From the human T2T-CHM13v2.0 reference genome, Homo sapiens, in the NCBI RefSeq assembly GCF_009914755.1, contig NC_060926.1: a DNA stretch of 64,000 bases. One strand, 5' to 3'. Below are positions 1 to 12,540 of this stretch, in pieces. The translations under genes were made by a program, and so were the position numbers. Each line of letters starts with the position of its first letter. Within the stretch, counting starts at the first letter, position 1. The notes beneath the pieces were generated by a model. It was not told the DNA's origin, searched no databases, and was given only the letters and a program-made list of their open reading frames with translations.

Positions 1-15
1 GTCTAGCTTTGAGGA

Positions 16-32
16 TTTCGTTGGAAACGGGA
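16..32 (+). promoter_or_regulatory. CENP-B box (first of roughly 189, one per ~340 bp; last at 63905-63921)
   Basis: TTTCGTTGGAAACGGGA matches YTTCGTTGGAARCGGGA and the essential core NTTCGNNNNANNCGGGN. The count is estimated from the first and last positions and the ~340-bp spacing. Confidence 0.96.
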
Positions 33-182
33 TTACATATAAAAAGCAGACAGCAGCATTCCCAGAATCTTCTTTGTGATGTTTGCATTCAAGTCACAGA
101 GTTGAACATTCCCTTTCATAGAGCAGGTTTCAAACACTCTTTTTGTAGTATCTGGATGTGGACATTTGGAACGCTTTCAGGC

Positions 183-199
183 CTATGGTGAAAAAGGAA
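183..199 (+). promoter_or_regulatory. pJalpha-type site (representative; occupies the box-equivalent position in the alternate monomers)
   Basis: CTATGGTGAAAAAGGAA lies about one monomer after each CENP-B box and matches the A-type monomer motif of alpha satellite. Confidence 0.75.
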
Positions 200-1713
200 A
201 TATCTTCCCCTGAAAACTAGACAGAAGCATTCTCAGAATCTTATTTGTGATGTGCGCCCTCAACTAACAGTGTTGAAGCTTTCTTTTGATAGAGCAGTTT
301 TGAAACACTCTTTTTGTAAAATCTGCAAGAGGATATTTGGATAGCTTTGAGGATTTCGTTGGAAACGGGATTGTCTTCATATAAACTCTAGACAGAAGCA
401 TTCTCAGAAGCTTCATTGGGATGTTTCAATTGAAGTCACAGTGTTGAACAGTCCCTTTCATAGAGCAGGTTTGAAACACTCTTTTTGTAGTATCTGGAAG
501 TGGACATTTGGAACGCTCTCAGGACTGCGGTGAAAAAGGAAATATCTTCCAATAAAAGCTAGATAGAAGCAATGTCAGAAACTTTTTCATGATGTATCTA
601 CTCAGCTAACAGAGTTGAACCTTTCTTTTGAGAGAGCAGTTTTGAAACACTCGTTTTGTGGAATCTGCAAGTGGATATTTGTCTACCTTTGAGGATTTCG
701 TTGGAAACGGGATTACATATAAAAAGCAGACAGCAGCATTCCCAGAAACTTCTTTGTGATGTTTGCATTCAAGTCACAGAGTTGAACATTCCCTTTCATA
801 GAGCAGGTTTGAAACACTCTTTTTGTAGTATCTGGATGTGGACATTTGCAGCGCTTTCAGGCCTAAGGTGAAAAAGGAAATATCTTCCCCTGAAAACTAG
901 ACAGAAGCATTCTCAGAAACTTATTTGTGATGTGCGCCCTCAACTAACAGTGTTGAAGCTTTCTTTTGATAGAGCAGATATGAAACACTCTTTTTGTAAT
1001 ATCTGCAAGAGGATATTTGGATAGCTTTGAGGATTTCGTTGGAAACGGGATTGTCTTCATATAAACTCTAGACAGAAGCATTCTCAGAAGCTTCATTGGG
1101 ATGTTTCAATTGAAGTCACAGTGTTGAACAGTCCCTTTCATAGAGCAGGTTTGAAACACTCTTTTTGTAGTATCTGGAAGTGGACATTTGGAACGCTCTC
1201 AGGACTGCGGTGAAAAAGGAAATATCTTCCAATAAAAGCTAGATAGAAGCAATGTCAGAAACTTTTTCATGATGTATCTACTCAGCTAACAGAGTTGAAC
1301 CTTTCTTTTGAGAGAGCAGTTTTGTAACACTCTTTTTGTGGAATCTGCAAGTGGATATTTGTCTAGATTTGAGGATTTCGTTGGAAACGGGATTACATAT
1401 AAAAAGCAGACAGCAGCATTCCCAGTAACTTCTTTGTGATGTTTGCATTCAAGTCACAGAGTTGAACATTCCCTTTCATAGAGCAGGTTTGAAACACTTT
1501 TTTTGTAGTATCTGGATGTGGACATTTGGAGCGCTTTCAGGCCTATGGTGAAAAAGGAAATATCTTCCAATAAAAGCTACATAAAAGCAATGTCAGAAAC
1601 TTTTTCATGATGTATCTACTCAGCTAACAGAGTTGAACCTTTCTTTTGAGAGAGCAGTTTTGAAACACTCTTTTTGTGGAATCTGGAAGTGGATATTTGT
1701 CTAGTTTTGAGGA

Positions 1714-1730
1714 TTTTGTTGGAAACGGGA
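1714..1730 (+). promoter_or_regulatory. Mutated CENP-B box (C4>T, essential base)
   Basis: TTTTGTTGGAAACGGGA, a CpG>TpG change. The same variant is at 20419-20435. Confidence 0.88.
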
Positions 1731-4700
1731 TTACATATAAAAAGCAGACAGCAGCATTCCCAGTATCTTCCTTGTGATGTTTGCATTCAAGTCACAGAGT
1801 TGAACATTCCCTTTCATAGAGCAGGTTTGAAACACTCTTTTTGTAGTATCTGGATGTGGACATTTGGAGCGCTTTCAGGCCTATTGTGAAAAAGGAAATA
1901 TCTTCCCCTGAAAACTAGACAGAAGAATTCTCAGAATCTTATTTGTGATGTGCGCCCTCAACTAACAGTGTTGAAGCTTTCTTTTGATAGAGCAGTTTTG
2001 AAACACTCTTTTTGTAAAATCTGCAAGAGGATATTTGGATAGCTTTGAGGATTTCGTTGGAAACGGGATTGTCTTCATATAAACTCTACACAGAAGCTTT
2101 CTCAGAAGCGTCATTGGGATGTTTCAATTGAAGTCACAGTGTTGAACAGTCCCTTTCATAGAGCAGGTTTGAAACACTCTTTTTCTAGTATCTGGATGTG
2201 GACATTTGGAGCGCTTTCAGGCCTATGGTTTAAAAGGAAATATCTTCCCCTGAAAACTAGACAGAAGCATTCTCAGAAACTTATTTGTGATGTGCGCCTT
2301 CAACTAACAGTGTTGAAGCATTCTTTTGATAGAGCAGTTTTGAAACACTCTTTTTGTGGAATCTGCAAGTGGATATTTGTCTAGCTTTGAGGATTTCGTT
2401 GGAAACGGGATTACATATAAAAAGCAGACAGCAGCATTCCCAGAAACTTCTTTGTGATGTTTGCATTCAAGTCACAGAGTTGAACATTCCCTTTCAGAGA
2501 GTAGGTTTGAAACACTCTTTTTATAGTATCTGGATGTGGACATTTGGAGCGCTTTCAGGCCTATGGTGAAAAAGGAAATATCTTCTCCTGAAAACTAGAC
2601 AGAAGCATTCTCAGAATCTTATTTGTGATGTGCGCCCTCAACTAACAGTGTTGAAGCTTTCTTTTGATAGAGCAGTTTTGAAACACTCTTTTTGTAAAAT
2701 CTGCAAGAGGATATTTTGATAGCTTTGAGGATTTCGTTGGAAACGGGATTGTCTTCATATAAACTCTAGACAGAAGCATTCTCAGAAGCTTCATTGGGAT
2801 GTTTCAATTGAAGTCACAGTGTTGAACAGTCCCTTTCATAGAGCAGGTTTGAAACACTCTTTTTGTAGTATCTGGAAGTGGACATTTGGAGAGATCTCAG
2901 GAATACGGTGATAAAGGAAATATCTTCCAATAAAAGCTAGATAGAAGCAATGTCAGAAACTTTTTCATGATGTATCTACTCAGCTAACAGAGTTGAACCT
3001 TTCTTTTGAGAGAGCAGTTTTGAAACACTCTTTTTGTGGAATCTGCAAGTGGATATTTGTCTAGCTTTGAGGATTTCGTTGGAAACGGGATTACATATAA
3101 AAAGCAGACAGCAGCATTCCCAGTAACTTCTTTGTGAGGTTTGCATTCAAGTGACAGAGTTGAACATTCCCTTTCATAGAGCAGGTTTGAAACACTCTTT
3201 TTGTAGTATCTGGATGTGGACATTTGGAGCGCTTTCAGGCCTATGGTGAAAAAGGAAATATCTTCGAATAAAAGCTACATAGAAGCAATGTCAGAAACTT
3301 TTTCATGATGTATCTACTCAGCTAACAGAGTTGAACCTTTCTTTTGATAGAGCAGTTTTGAAACACTCTTTTTGTGGAATCTGGAAGTGGATATTTGTCT
3401 AGATTTGAGGATTTCGTTGGAAACGGGATTACATATAAAAAGCAGACAGCAGCATTCCCAGTAACTTCTTTGTGACGTTTGCATTCAAGTCACAGAGTTG
3501 AACATTCCCTTTCATAGAGCAGGTTTGAAACACTCTTTTTGTAGTATCTGGATGTGGACATTTGGAGCGCTTTCAGGCCTATGGTGAAAAAGGAAATATC
3601 TTCCCCTGAAAACTAGACAGAAGAATTCTCAGAATCTTATTTGTGATGTGCGCCATCAACTAACAGTGTTGAAGCTTTCTTTTGATAGAGCAGTTTTGAA
3701 ACACTCTTTTTGTAAAATCTGCAAGACGATATTTGGATAGCTTTGAGGATTTCGTTGGAAACGGGATTGTCTTCATATAAACTCTAGACAGCAGCATTCT
3801 CAGAAGCGTCATTGGGATGTTTCAATTGAAGTCACAGTGTTGAACATTCCCTTTCATAGAGCAGGTTTGAAACACTCTTTTTGTAGTATCTGGATGTGGA
3901 CATTTGGAGCGCTTTCAGGCCTATGGTTTAAAAGGAAATATCTTCCCCTGAAAACTAGACAGAAGCATTCTCAGAAACTTATTTGTGATGTGCGCCCTCA
4001 ACTAACAGTGTTGAAGCATTCTTTGGATAGAGCAGTTTTGAAACACTCTTTTTGTGGAATCTGCAAGTGGATATTTGTCTAGCTTTGAGGATTTCGTTGG
4101 AAACGGGATTACATATAAAAAGCAGACAGCAGCATTCCCAGAAACTTCTTTGTGATGTTTGCATTCAAGTCACAGAGTTGAACATTCCCTTTCATAGAGC
4201 AGGTTTGAAACACTCTTTTTGTAGTATCTGGATGTGGACATTTGCAGCGCTTTCAGGCCTAAGGTGAAAAAGGAAATATCTTCCCCTGAAAACTAGACAG
4301 AAGCATTCTCAGAAACTTATTTGTGATGTGCGCCCTCAACTAACAGTGTTGAAGCTTTCTTCTGATAGAGCAGTTTTGAAACACTCTTTTTGTAATATCT
4401 GCAAGACGATATTTGGATAGCTTTGAGGATTTCGTTGGAAACGGGATTGTCTTCATATAAACTCTAGACAGAAGCATTCTCAGAAGCTTCATTGGGATGT
4501 TTCAATTGAAGTCACAGTGTTGAACAGTCCCTTTCATAGAGCAGGTTTGAAACACTCTTTTTGTAGTATCTGGAAGTGGACATTTGGAACGCTCTCAGGA
4601 CTGCGGTGAAAAAGGAAATATCTTCCAATAAAAGCTAGATAGAAGCAATGTCAGAAACTTTTTCATGATGTATCTACTCAGCTAACAGAGTTGAACCTTT

Positions 4701-7700
4701 CTTTTGAGAGAGCAGTTTTGAAACACTCTTTTTGTGGAATCTGCAAGTGGATATTTGTCTAGCTTTGAGGATTTCGTTGGAAACGGGATTACATATAAAA
4801 AGCAGACAGCAGCATTCCCAGTAACTTCTTTGTGATGTTTGCATTCAAGTCACAGAGTTGAACATTCCCTTTCATAGAGCAGGTTTGAAACACTTTTTTT
4901 GTAGTATCTGGATGTGGACATTTGGAGCGCTTTCAGGCCTATGGTGAAAAAGGAAATATCTTCCAATAAAAGCTACATAAAAGCAATGTCAGAAACTTTT
5001 TCATGATGTATCTACTCAGCTAACAGAGTTGAACCTTTCTTTTGAGAGAGCAGTTTTGAAACACTCTTTTTGTGGAATCTGGAAGTGGATATTTGTCTAG
5101 CTTTGAGGATTTCGTTGGAAACGGGATTACATATAAAAAGCAGACAGCAGCATTCCCAGTAACTTCTTTGTGATGTTTGCATTCAAGTCACAGAGTTGAA
5201 CATTCCCTTTCATAGAGCAGGTTTGAAACACTCTTTTTTTAGTATCTGGATGTGGACATTTGGAGCGCTTTCAGGCCTATTGTGAAAAAGGAAATATCTT
5301 CCCCTGAAAACTAGACAGAAGAATTCTCAGAATCTTATTTGTGATGTGCGCCCTCAACTAACAGTGTTGAAGCTTTCTTTTGATAGAGCAGTTTTGAAAC
5401 ACTCTTTTTATAAAATCTGCAAGAGGATATTTGGATAGCTTTGAGGATTTCGTTGGAAACGGGATTGTCTTCATATAAACTCTACACAGAAGCATTCTCA
5501 GAAGCGTCATTGGGATGTTTCAATTGAAGTCACAGTGTTGAACAGTCCCTTTCATAGAGCAGGTTTGAAACACTCTTTTTGTAGTATCTGGAAGTGGACA
5601 TTTGGAGCGCTCTCAGGACTGCGGTGAAAAAGGAACTATCTTCCAATAAAAGCTAGATAGAAGCAATGTCAGAAACTTTTTCATGATGTATCTACTCAGC
5701 TAACAGAGTTGAACCTTCCTTTGAGAGAGCAGTTTTGAAACACTCTTTTTGTGGAATCTGCAAGTGGATATTTGTCTAGCTTTGAGGATTTCGTTGGAAA
5801 CGGGATTGTCTTCATATAAACTCTAGACAGAAGCATTCTCAGAAGCTTCATTGGGATGTTTCAATTGAAGTCACAGTGTTGAACAGTTCCTTTCATAGAA
5901 CAGGTTTGAAACACTCTTTTTGTAGTATCTGGAAGTGGACATTTGGAGCGCTCTCAGGACTACGGTGAAAAAGGAAATATCTTCCAATAAAAGCTACATA
6001 GAAGCAATGTCAGAAACTTTTTCATGATGTATCTACTCAGCTAACAGAGTTGAACCTTTCCTTTGAGAGAGCAGTTTTGAAACACGCTTTTTGTGGAATC
6101 TGCAAGTGGATATTTGTCTAGCTTTGAGGATTTCGTTGGAAACGGGATTACATATAAAAAGCAGACAGCAGCATTCCCAGAATCTTCTTTGTGATGTTTG
6201 CATTCAAGTCACAGAGTTGAACATTCCCTTTCATAGAGCAGGTTTGAAACACTCTTTTTGTAGTATCTGGATGTGGACATTTGGAGCGCTTTCAGGCCTA
6301 TGGTGAAAAAGGAAATATCTTCCCCTGAAAACTAGACAGAAGCATTCTCAGAATCTTATTTGTGATGTGCGCCCTCAACTAACAGTGTTGAAGCTTTCTT
6401 TTGATAGAGCAGTTTTGAAACACTCTTTTTGTAAAATCTGCAAGAGGATATTTGGATAGCTTTGAGGATTTCGTTGGAAACGGGATTGTCTTCATATAAA
6501 CTCTAGACAGAAGCATTCTCAGAAGCTTCATTGGGATGTTTCAATTGAAGTCACAGTGTTGAACAGTCCCTTTCATAGAGCAGGTTTGAAACACTCTTTT
6601 TGTAGTATCTGGAAGTGGACATTTGGAACGCTCTCCGGACTGCGGTGAAAAAGGAAATATCTTCCAATAAAAGCTACATAGAAGCAATGTCAGAAACTTT
6701 TTCATGATGTATCTACTCAGCTAACAGAGTTGAACCTTTCTTTTGAGAGAGCAGTTTTGAAACACTCTTTTTGTAAAATCTGCAAGAGGATATTTGGATA
6801 GCTTTGAGGATTTCGTTGGAAACGGGATTGTCTTCATATAAACTCTAGACAGAAGCATTCTCAGAAGCTTCATTGGGATGTTTCAATTGAAGTCACAGTG
6901 TTGAACAGTCCCTTTCATAGAGCAGGTTTGAAACACTCTTTTTGTAGTATCTGGATGTGGACATTTGGAGCGCTTTCAGGCCTATGGTTTAAAAGGAAAT
7001 ATCTTCCCCTGAAAACTAGACAGAAGCATTCTCAGAAACTTATTTGTGATGTGCGCCTTCAACTAACAGTGTTGAAGCATTCTTTTGATAGAGCAGTTTT
7101 GAAACACTCTTTTTGTGGAATCTGCAAGTGGATATTTGTCTAGCTTTGAGGATTTCGTTGGAAACGGGATTACATATAAAAAGCAGACAGCAGCATTCCC
7201 AGAAACTTCTTTGTGATGTTTGCATTCAAGTCACAGAGTTGAACATTCCCTTTCAGAGAGCAGGTTTGAAACACTCTTTTTGTAGTATCTGGATGTGGAC
7301 ATTTGGAGCGCTTTCAGCCCTATGGTGAAAAAGGAAATATCTTCCCCTGAAAACTAGACAGAAGCATTCTCAGAATCTTATTTGTGATGTGCGCCCTCAA
7401 CTAACAGTGTTGAAGCTTTCTTTTGATAGAGCAGTTTTGAAACACTCTTTTTGTAAAATCTGCAAGAGGATATTTGGATAGCTTTGAGGATTTCGTTGGA
7501 AACGGGATTGTCTTCATATAAACTCTAGACAGAAGCATTCTCAGAAGCTTCATTGGGATGTTTCAATTGAAGTCACAGTGTTGAACAGTCCCTTTCATAG
7601 AGCAGGTTTGAAACACTCTTTTTGTAGTATCTGGAAGTGGACATTTGGAGCGCTCTCAGGACTGCGGTGAAAAAGGAACTATCTTCCAATAAAAGCTAGA

Positions 7701-10700
7701 TAGAAGCAATGTCAGAAACTTTTTCATGATGTATCTACTCAGCTAACAGAGTTGAACCTTTCCTTTGAGAGAGCAGTTTTGAAACACTCTTTTTGTGGAA
7801 TCTGCAAGTGGATATTTGTCTAGCTTTGAGGATTTCGTTGGAAACGGGATTACATATAAAAAGCAGACAGCAGCATTCCCAGAATCTTGTTTGTGATGTT
7901 TGCATTCAAGTCACAGAGTTGAACATTCCCTTTCAGAGAGCAGGTTTGAAACACTCTTTTTATAGTGTCTGGATGTGGACATTTGGAGCGCTTTCAGGCC
8001 TATGGTGAAAAAGGAAATATCTTCTCCTGTAAACTAGACAGAAGCATTCTCAGAAACTTATTTGTGATGTGCGCCCTCAACTAACAGTGTTGAAGCTTTC
8101 TTTTGATAGAGCAGTTTTGAAACACTCTTTTTGTAAAATCTGCAAGAGGATATTTGGATAGCTTTGAGGATTTCGTTGGAAACGGGATTGTCTTCATATA
8201 AACTCTAGACAGAAGCATTCTCAGAAGCTTCATTGGGATGTTTCAATTGAAGTCACAGTGTTGAACAGTCCCTTTCATAGAGCAGGTTTGAAACACTCTT
8301 TTTGTAGTATCTGGAAGTGGACATTTGGAACGCTCTCAGGACTGCGGTGAAAAAGGAAATATCTTCCAATAAAAGCTAGATAGAAGCAATGTCAGAAACT
8401 TTTTCATGATGTATCTACTCAGCTAACAGAGTTGAACCTTTCTTTTGAGAGAGCAGTTTTGAAACACTCTTTTTGTGTAATCTGAAAGTGGATATTTGTC
8501 TAGCTTTGAGGATTTCGTTGGAAACGGGATTACATATAAAAAGCAGACAGCAGCATTCCCAGTAACTTCTTTGTGAAGTTTGCATTCAAGTCACAGAGTT
8601 GAACATTCCCTTTCATAGAGCAGGTTTGAAACACTCTTTTTGTAGTATCTGGATGTGGACATTTGGAGCGCTTTCAGGCCTATTGTGAAAAAGGAAATAT
8701 CTTCCCCTGAAAACTAGACAGAAGAATTCTCAGAATCTTATTTGTGATGTGCGCCCTCAACTAACAGTGTTGAAGCTTTCTTTTGATAGAGCAGTTTTGA
8801 AACACTCTTTTTGTAAAATCTGCAAGAGGATATTTGGATAGCTTTGAGGATTTCGTTGGAAACGGGATTGTCTTCATATAAACTCTACACAGAAGCATTC
8901 TCAGAAGCGTCATTGGGATGTTTCAATTGAAGTCACAGTGTTGAACAGTCCCTTTCATAGAGCAGGTTTGAAACACTCTTTTTGTAGTATCTGGATGTGG
9001 ACATTTGGAGCGCTTTCAGGCCTATGGTTTAAAAGGAAATATCTTCCCCTGAAAACTAGACAGAAGCATTCTCAGAAACTTATTTGTGATGTGCGCCTTC
9101 AACTAACAGTGTTGAAGCATTCTTTTGATAGAGCAGTTTTGAAACACTCTTTTTGTGGAATCTGCAAGTGGATATTTGTCTAGCTTTGAGGATTTCGTTG
9201 GAAACGGGATTACATATAAAAAGCAGACAGCAGCATTCCCAGAAACTTCTTTGTGATGTTTGCATTCAAGTCACAGAGTTGAACATTCCCTTTCAGAGAG
9301 CAGGTTTGAAACACTCTTTTTGTAGTATCTGGATGTGGACATTTGGAGCGCTTTCAGGCCTATGGTGAAAAAGGAAATATCTTCCCCTGAAAACTAGACA
9401 GAAGCATTCTCAGAATCTTATTTGTGATGTGCGCCCTCAACTAACAGTGTTGAAGCTTTCTTTTGATAGAGCAGTTTTGAAACACTCTTTTTGTAAAATC
9501 TGCAAGAGGATATTTGGATAGCTTTGAGGATTTCGTTGGAAACGGGATTGTCTTCATATAAACTCTAGACAGAAGCATTCTCAGAAGCTTCATTGGGATG
9601 TTTCAATTGAAGTCACAGTGTTGAACAGTCCCTTTCATAGAGCAGGTTTGAAACACACTTTTTGTAGTATCTGGAAGTGGACATTTGGAGCGCTCTCAGG
9701 ACTACGGTGAAAAAGGAACTATCTTCCAATAAAAGCTAGATAGAAGCAATGTCAGAAACTTTTTCATGATGTATCTACTCAGCTAACAGAGTTGAACCTT
9801 CCTTTGAGAGAGCAGTTTTGAAACACTCTTTTTGTGGAATCTGCAAGTGGATATTTGTCTAGCTTTGAGGATTTCGTTGGAAACGGGATTACATATAAAA
9901 AGCAGACAGCAGCATTCCCAGAAACTTCTTTGTGATGTTTGCATTCAAGTCACAGAGTTGAACATTCCCTTTCATAGAGCAGGTTTGAAACACTCTTTTT
10001 GTAGTATCTGGATGTGGACATTTGCAGCGCTTTCAGGCCTAAGGTGAAAAAGGAAATATCTTCCCCTGAAAACTAGACAGAAGCATTCTCAGAAACTTAT
10101 TTGTGATGTGCGCCCTCAACTAACAATGTTGAAGCTTTCTTTTGATAGAGCAGTTTTGAAACACTCTTTTTGTAATATCTGCAAGAGGATATTTGGATAG
10201 CTTTGAGGATTTCGTTGGAAACGGGATTGTCTTCATATAAACTCTAGACAGAAGCATTCTCAGAAGCTTCATTGGGATGTTTCAATTGAAGTCACAGTGT
10301 TGAACAGTTCCTTTCATAGAACAGGTTTGAAACACTCTTTTTGTAGTATCTGGAAGTGGACATTTGGAGCGCTCTCAGGACTACGGTGAAAATGGAAATA
10401 TCTTCCAATAAAAGCTACATAGAAGCAATGTCAGAAACTTTTTCATGATGTATCTACTCAGCTAACAGAGTTGAACCTTTCCTTTTAGAGAGCAGTTTTG
10501 AAACACTCTTTTTGTGGAATCTGCAAGTGGATATTTGTCTAGCTTTGAGGATTTCGTTGGAAACGGGATTACATATAAAAAGCAGACAGCAGCATTCCCA
10601 GAATCTTCTTTGTGATGTTTGCATTCAAGTCACAGAGTTGAACATTCCCTTTCATAGAGCAGGTTTCAAACACTCTTTTTGTAGTATCTGGATGTGGACA

Positions 10701-12540
10701 TTTGGAGCGCTTTCAGGCCTATGGTGAAAAAGGAAATATCTTCCCCTGAAAACTAGACAGAAGCATTCTCAGAATCTTATTTGTGATGTGCGCCCTCAAC
10801 TAACAGTGTTGAAGCTTTCTTTTGATAGAGCAGTTTTGAAACACTCTTTTTGTAAAATCTGCAAGAGGATATTTGGATAGCTTTGAGGATTTCGTTGGAA
10901 ACGGGATTGTCTTCATATAAACTCTAGACAGAAGCATTCTCAGAAGCTTCATTGGGATGTTTCAATTGAAGTCACAGTGTTGAACAGTCCCTTTCATAGA
11001 GCAGGTTTGAAACACTCTTTTTGTAGTATCTGGAAGTGGACATTTGGAACGCTCTCAGGACTGCGGTGAAAAAGGAAATATCTTCCAATAAAAGCTAGAT
11101 AGAAGCAATGTCAGAAACTTTTTCATGATGTATCTACTCAGCTAACAGAGTTGAACCTTTCTTTTGAGAGAGCAGTTTTGAAACACTCTTTTTGTGGAAT
11201 CTGCAAGTGGATATTTGTCTAGCTTTGAGGATTTCGTTGGAAACGGGATTACATATAAAAAGCAGACAGCAGCATTCCCAGTAACTTCTTTGTGATGTTT
11301 GCATTCAAGTCACAGAGTTGAACATTCCCTTTCATAGAGCAGGTTTGAAACACTTTTTTTGTAGTATCTGGATGTGGACATTTGGAGCGCTTTCAGGCCT
11401 ATGGTGAAAAAGGAAATATCTTCCAATAAAAGCTACATAAAAGCAATGTCAGAAACTTTTTCATGATGTATCTACTCAGCTAACAGAGTTGAACCTTTCT
11501 TTTGAGAGAGCAGTTTTGAAACACTCTTTTTGTGGAATCTGGAAGTGGATATTTGTCTAGCTTTGAGGATTTCGTTGGAAACGGGATTACATATAAAAAG
11601 CAGACAGCAGCATTCCCAGTAACTTCTTTGTGATGTTTGCATTCAAGTCACAGAGTTGAACATTCCCTTTCATAGAGCAGGTTTGAAACACTCTTTTTGT
11701 AGTATCTGGATGTGGACATTTGGAGCGCTTTCAGGCCTATTGTGAAAAAGGAAATATCTTCCCCTGAAAACTAGACAGAAGAATTCTCAGAATCTTATTT
11801 GTGATGTGCGCCCTCAACTAACAGTGTTGAAGCTTTCTTTTGATAGAGCAGTTTTGAAACACTCTTTTTGTAAAATCTGCAAGAGGATATTTGGATAGCT
11901 TTGAGGATTTCGTTGGAAACGGGATTGTTTTCATATAAACTCTACACAGAAGCATTCTCAGAAGCGTCATTGGGATGTTTCAATTGAAGTCACAGTGTTG
12001 AACAGTCCCTTTCATAGAGCAGGTTTGAAACACTCTTTTTGTAGTATCTGGATGTGGACATTTGGAGCGCTTTCAGGCCTATGGTGAAAAAGGAAATATC
12101 TTCCCCTGAAAACTAGACAGAAGCATTCTCAGAATCTTATTTGTGATGTGCGCCCTCAACTAACAGTGTTGAAGCTTTCTTTTGATAGAGCAGTTTTGAA
12201 ACACTCTTTTTGTAAAATCTGCAAGAGGATATTTGGATAGCTTTGAGGATTTCGTTGGAAACGGGATTGTCTTCATATAAACTCTAGACAGAAGCATTCT
12301 CAGAAGCTTCATTGGGATGTTTCAATTGAAGTCACAGTGTTGAACAGTCCCTTTCATAGAGCAGGTTTGAAACACTCTTTTTGTAGTATCTGGAAGTGGA
12401 CATTTGGAGCGCTCTCAGGACTGCGGTGAAAAAGGAACTATCTTCCAATAAAAGCTAGATAGAAGCAATGTCAGAAACTTTTTCATGATGTATCTACTCA
12501 GCTAACAGAGTTGAACCTTCCTTTGAGAGAGCAGTTTTGA

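Larger units (their letters stand above)
16..695 (+). repeat. Representative canonical 680-bp 4-mer HOR unit (dimer A 16-353, dimer B 354-695)
   Basis: Four distinguishable monomer starts: TTACATATAAAAAGCAGACAGCAGC (m1), CCCCTGAAAACTAGACAG (m2), TTGTCTTCATATAAACTCTAGA (m3), CCAATAAAAGCTAGATAG (m4). The pattern restarts at 696. Confidence 0.95.

Noticed and set aside
388-432. Short palindromes (TCTAGA, AAGCTT, TTCAATTGAA) as hairpin or cruciform elements
   Set aside because: They are only 6-10 bp and belong to the ordinary monomer consensus. Alphoid dyad symmetry is already described and nothing here is specific.
37-556. TATAAA and AATAAA motifs as promoter or polyadenylation signals
   Set aside because: They are fixed parts of the AT-rich monomer consensus. 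Alpha satellite can be transcribed, but nothing here singles out a transcription unit.
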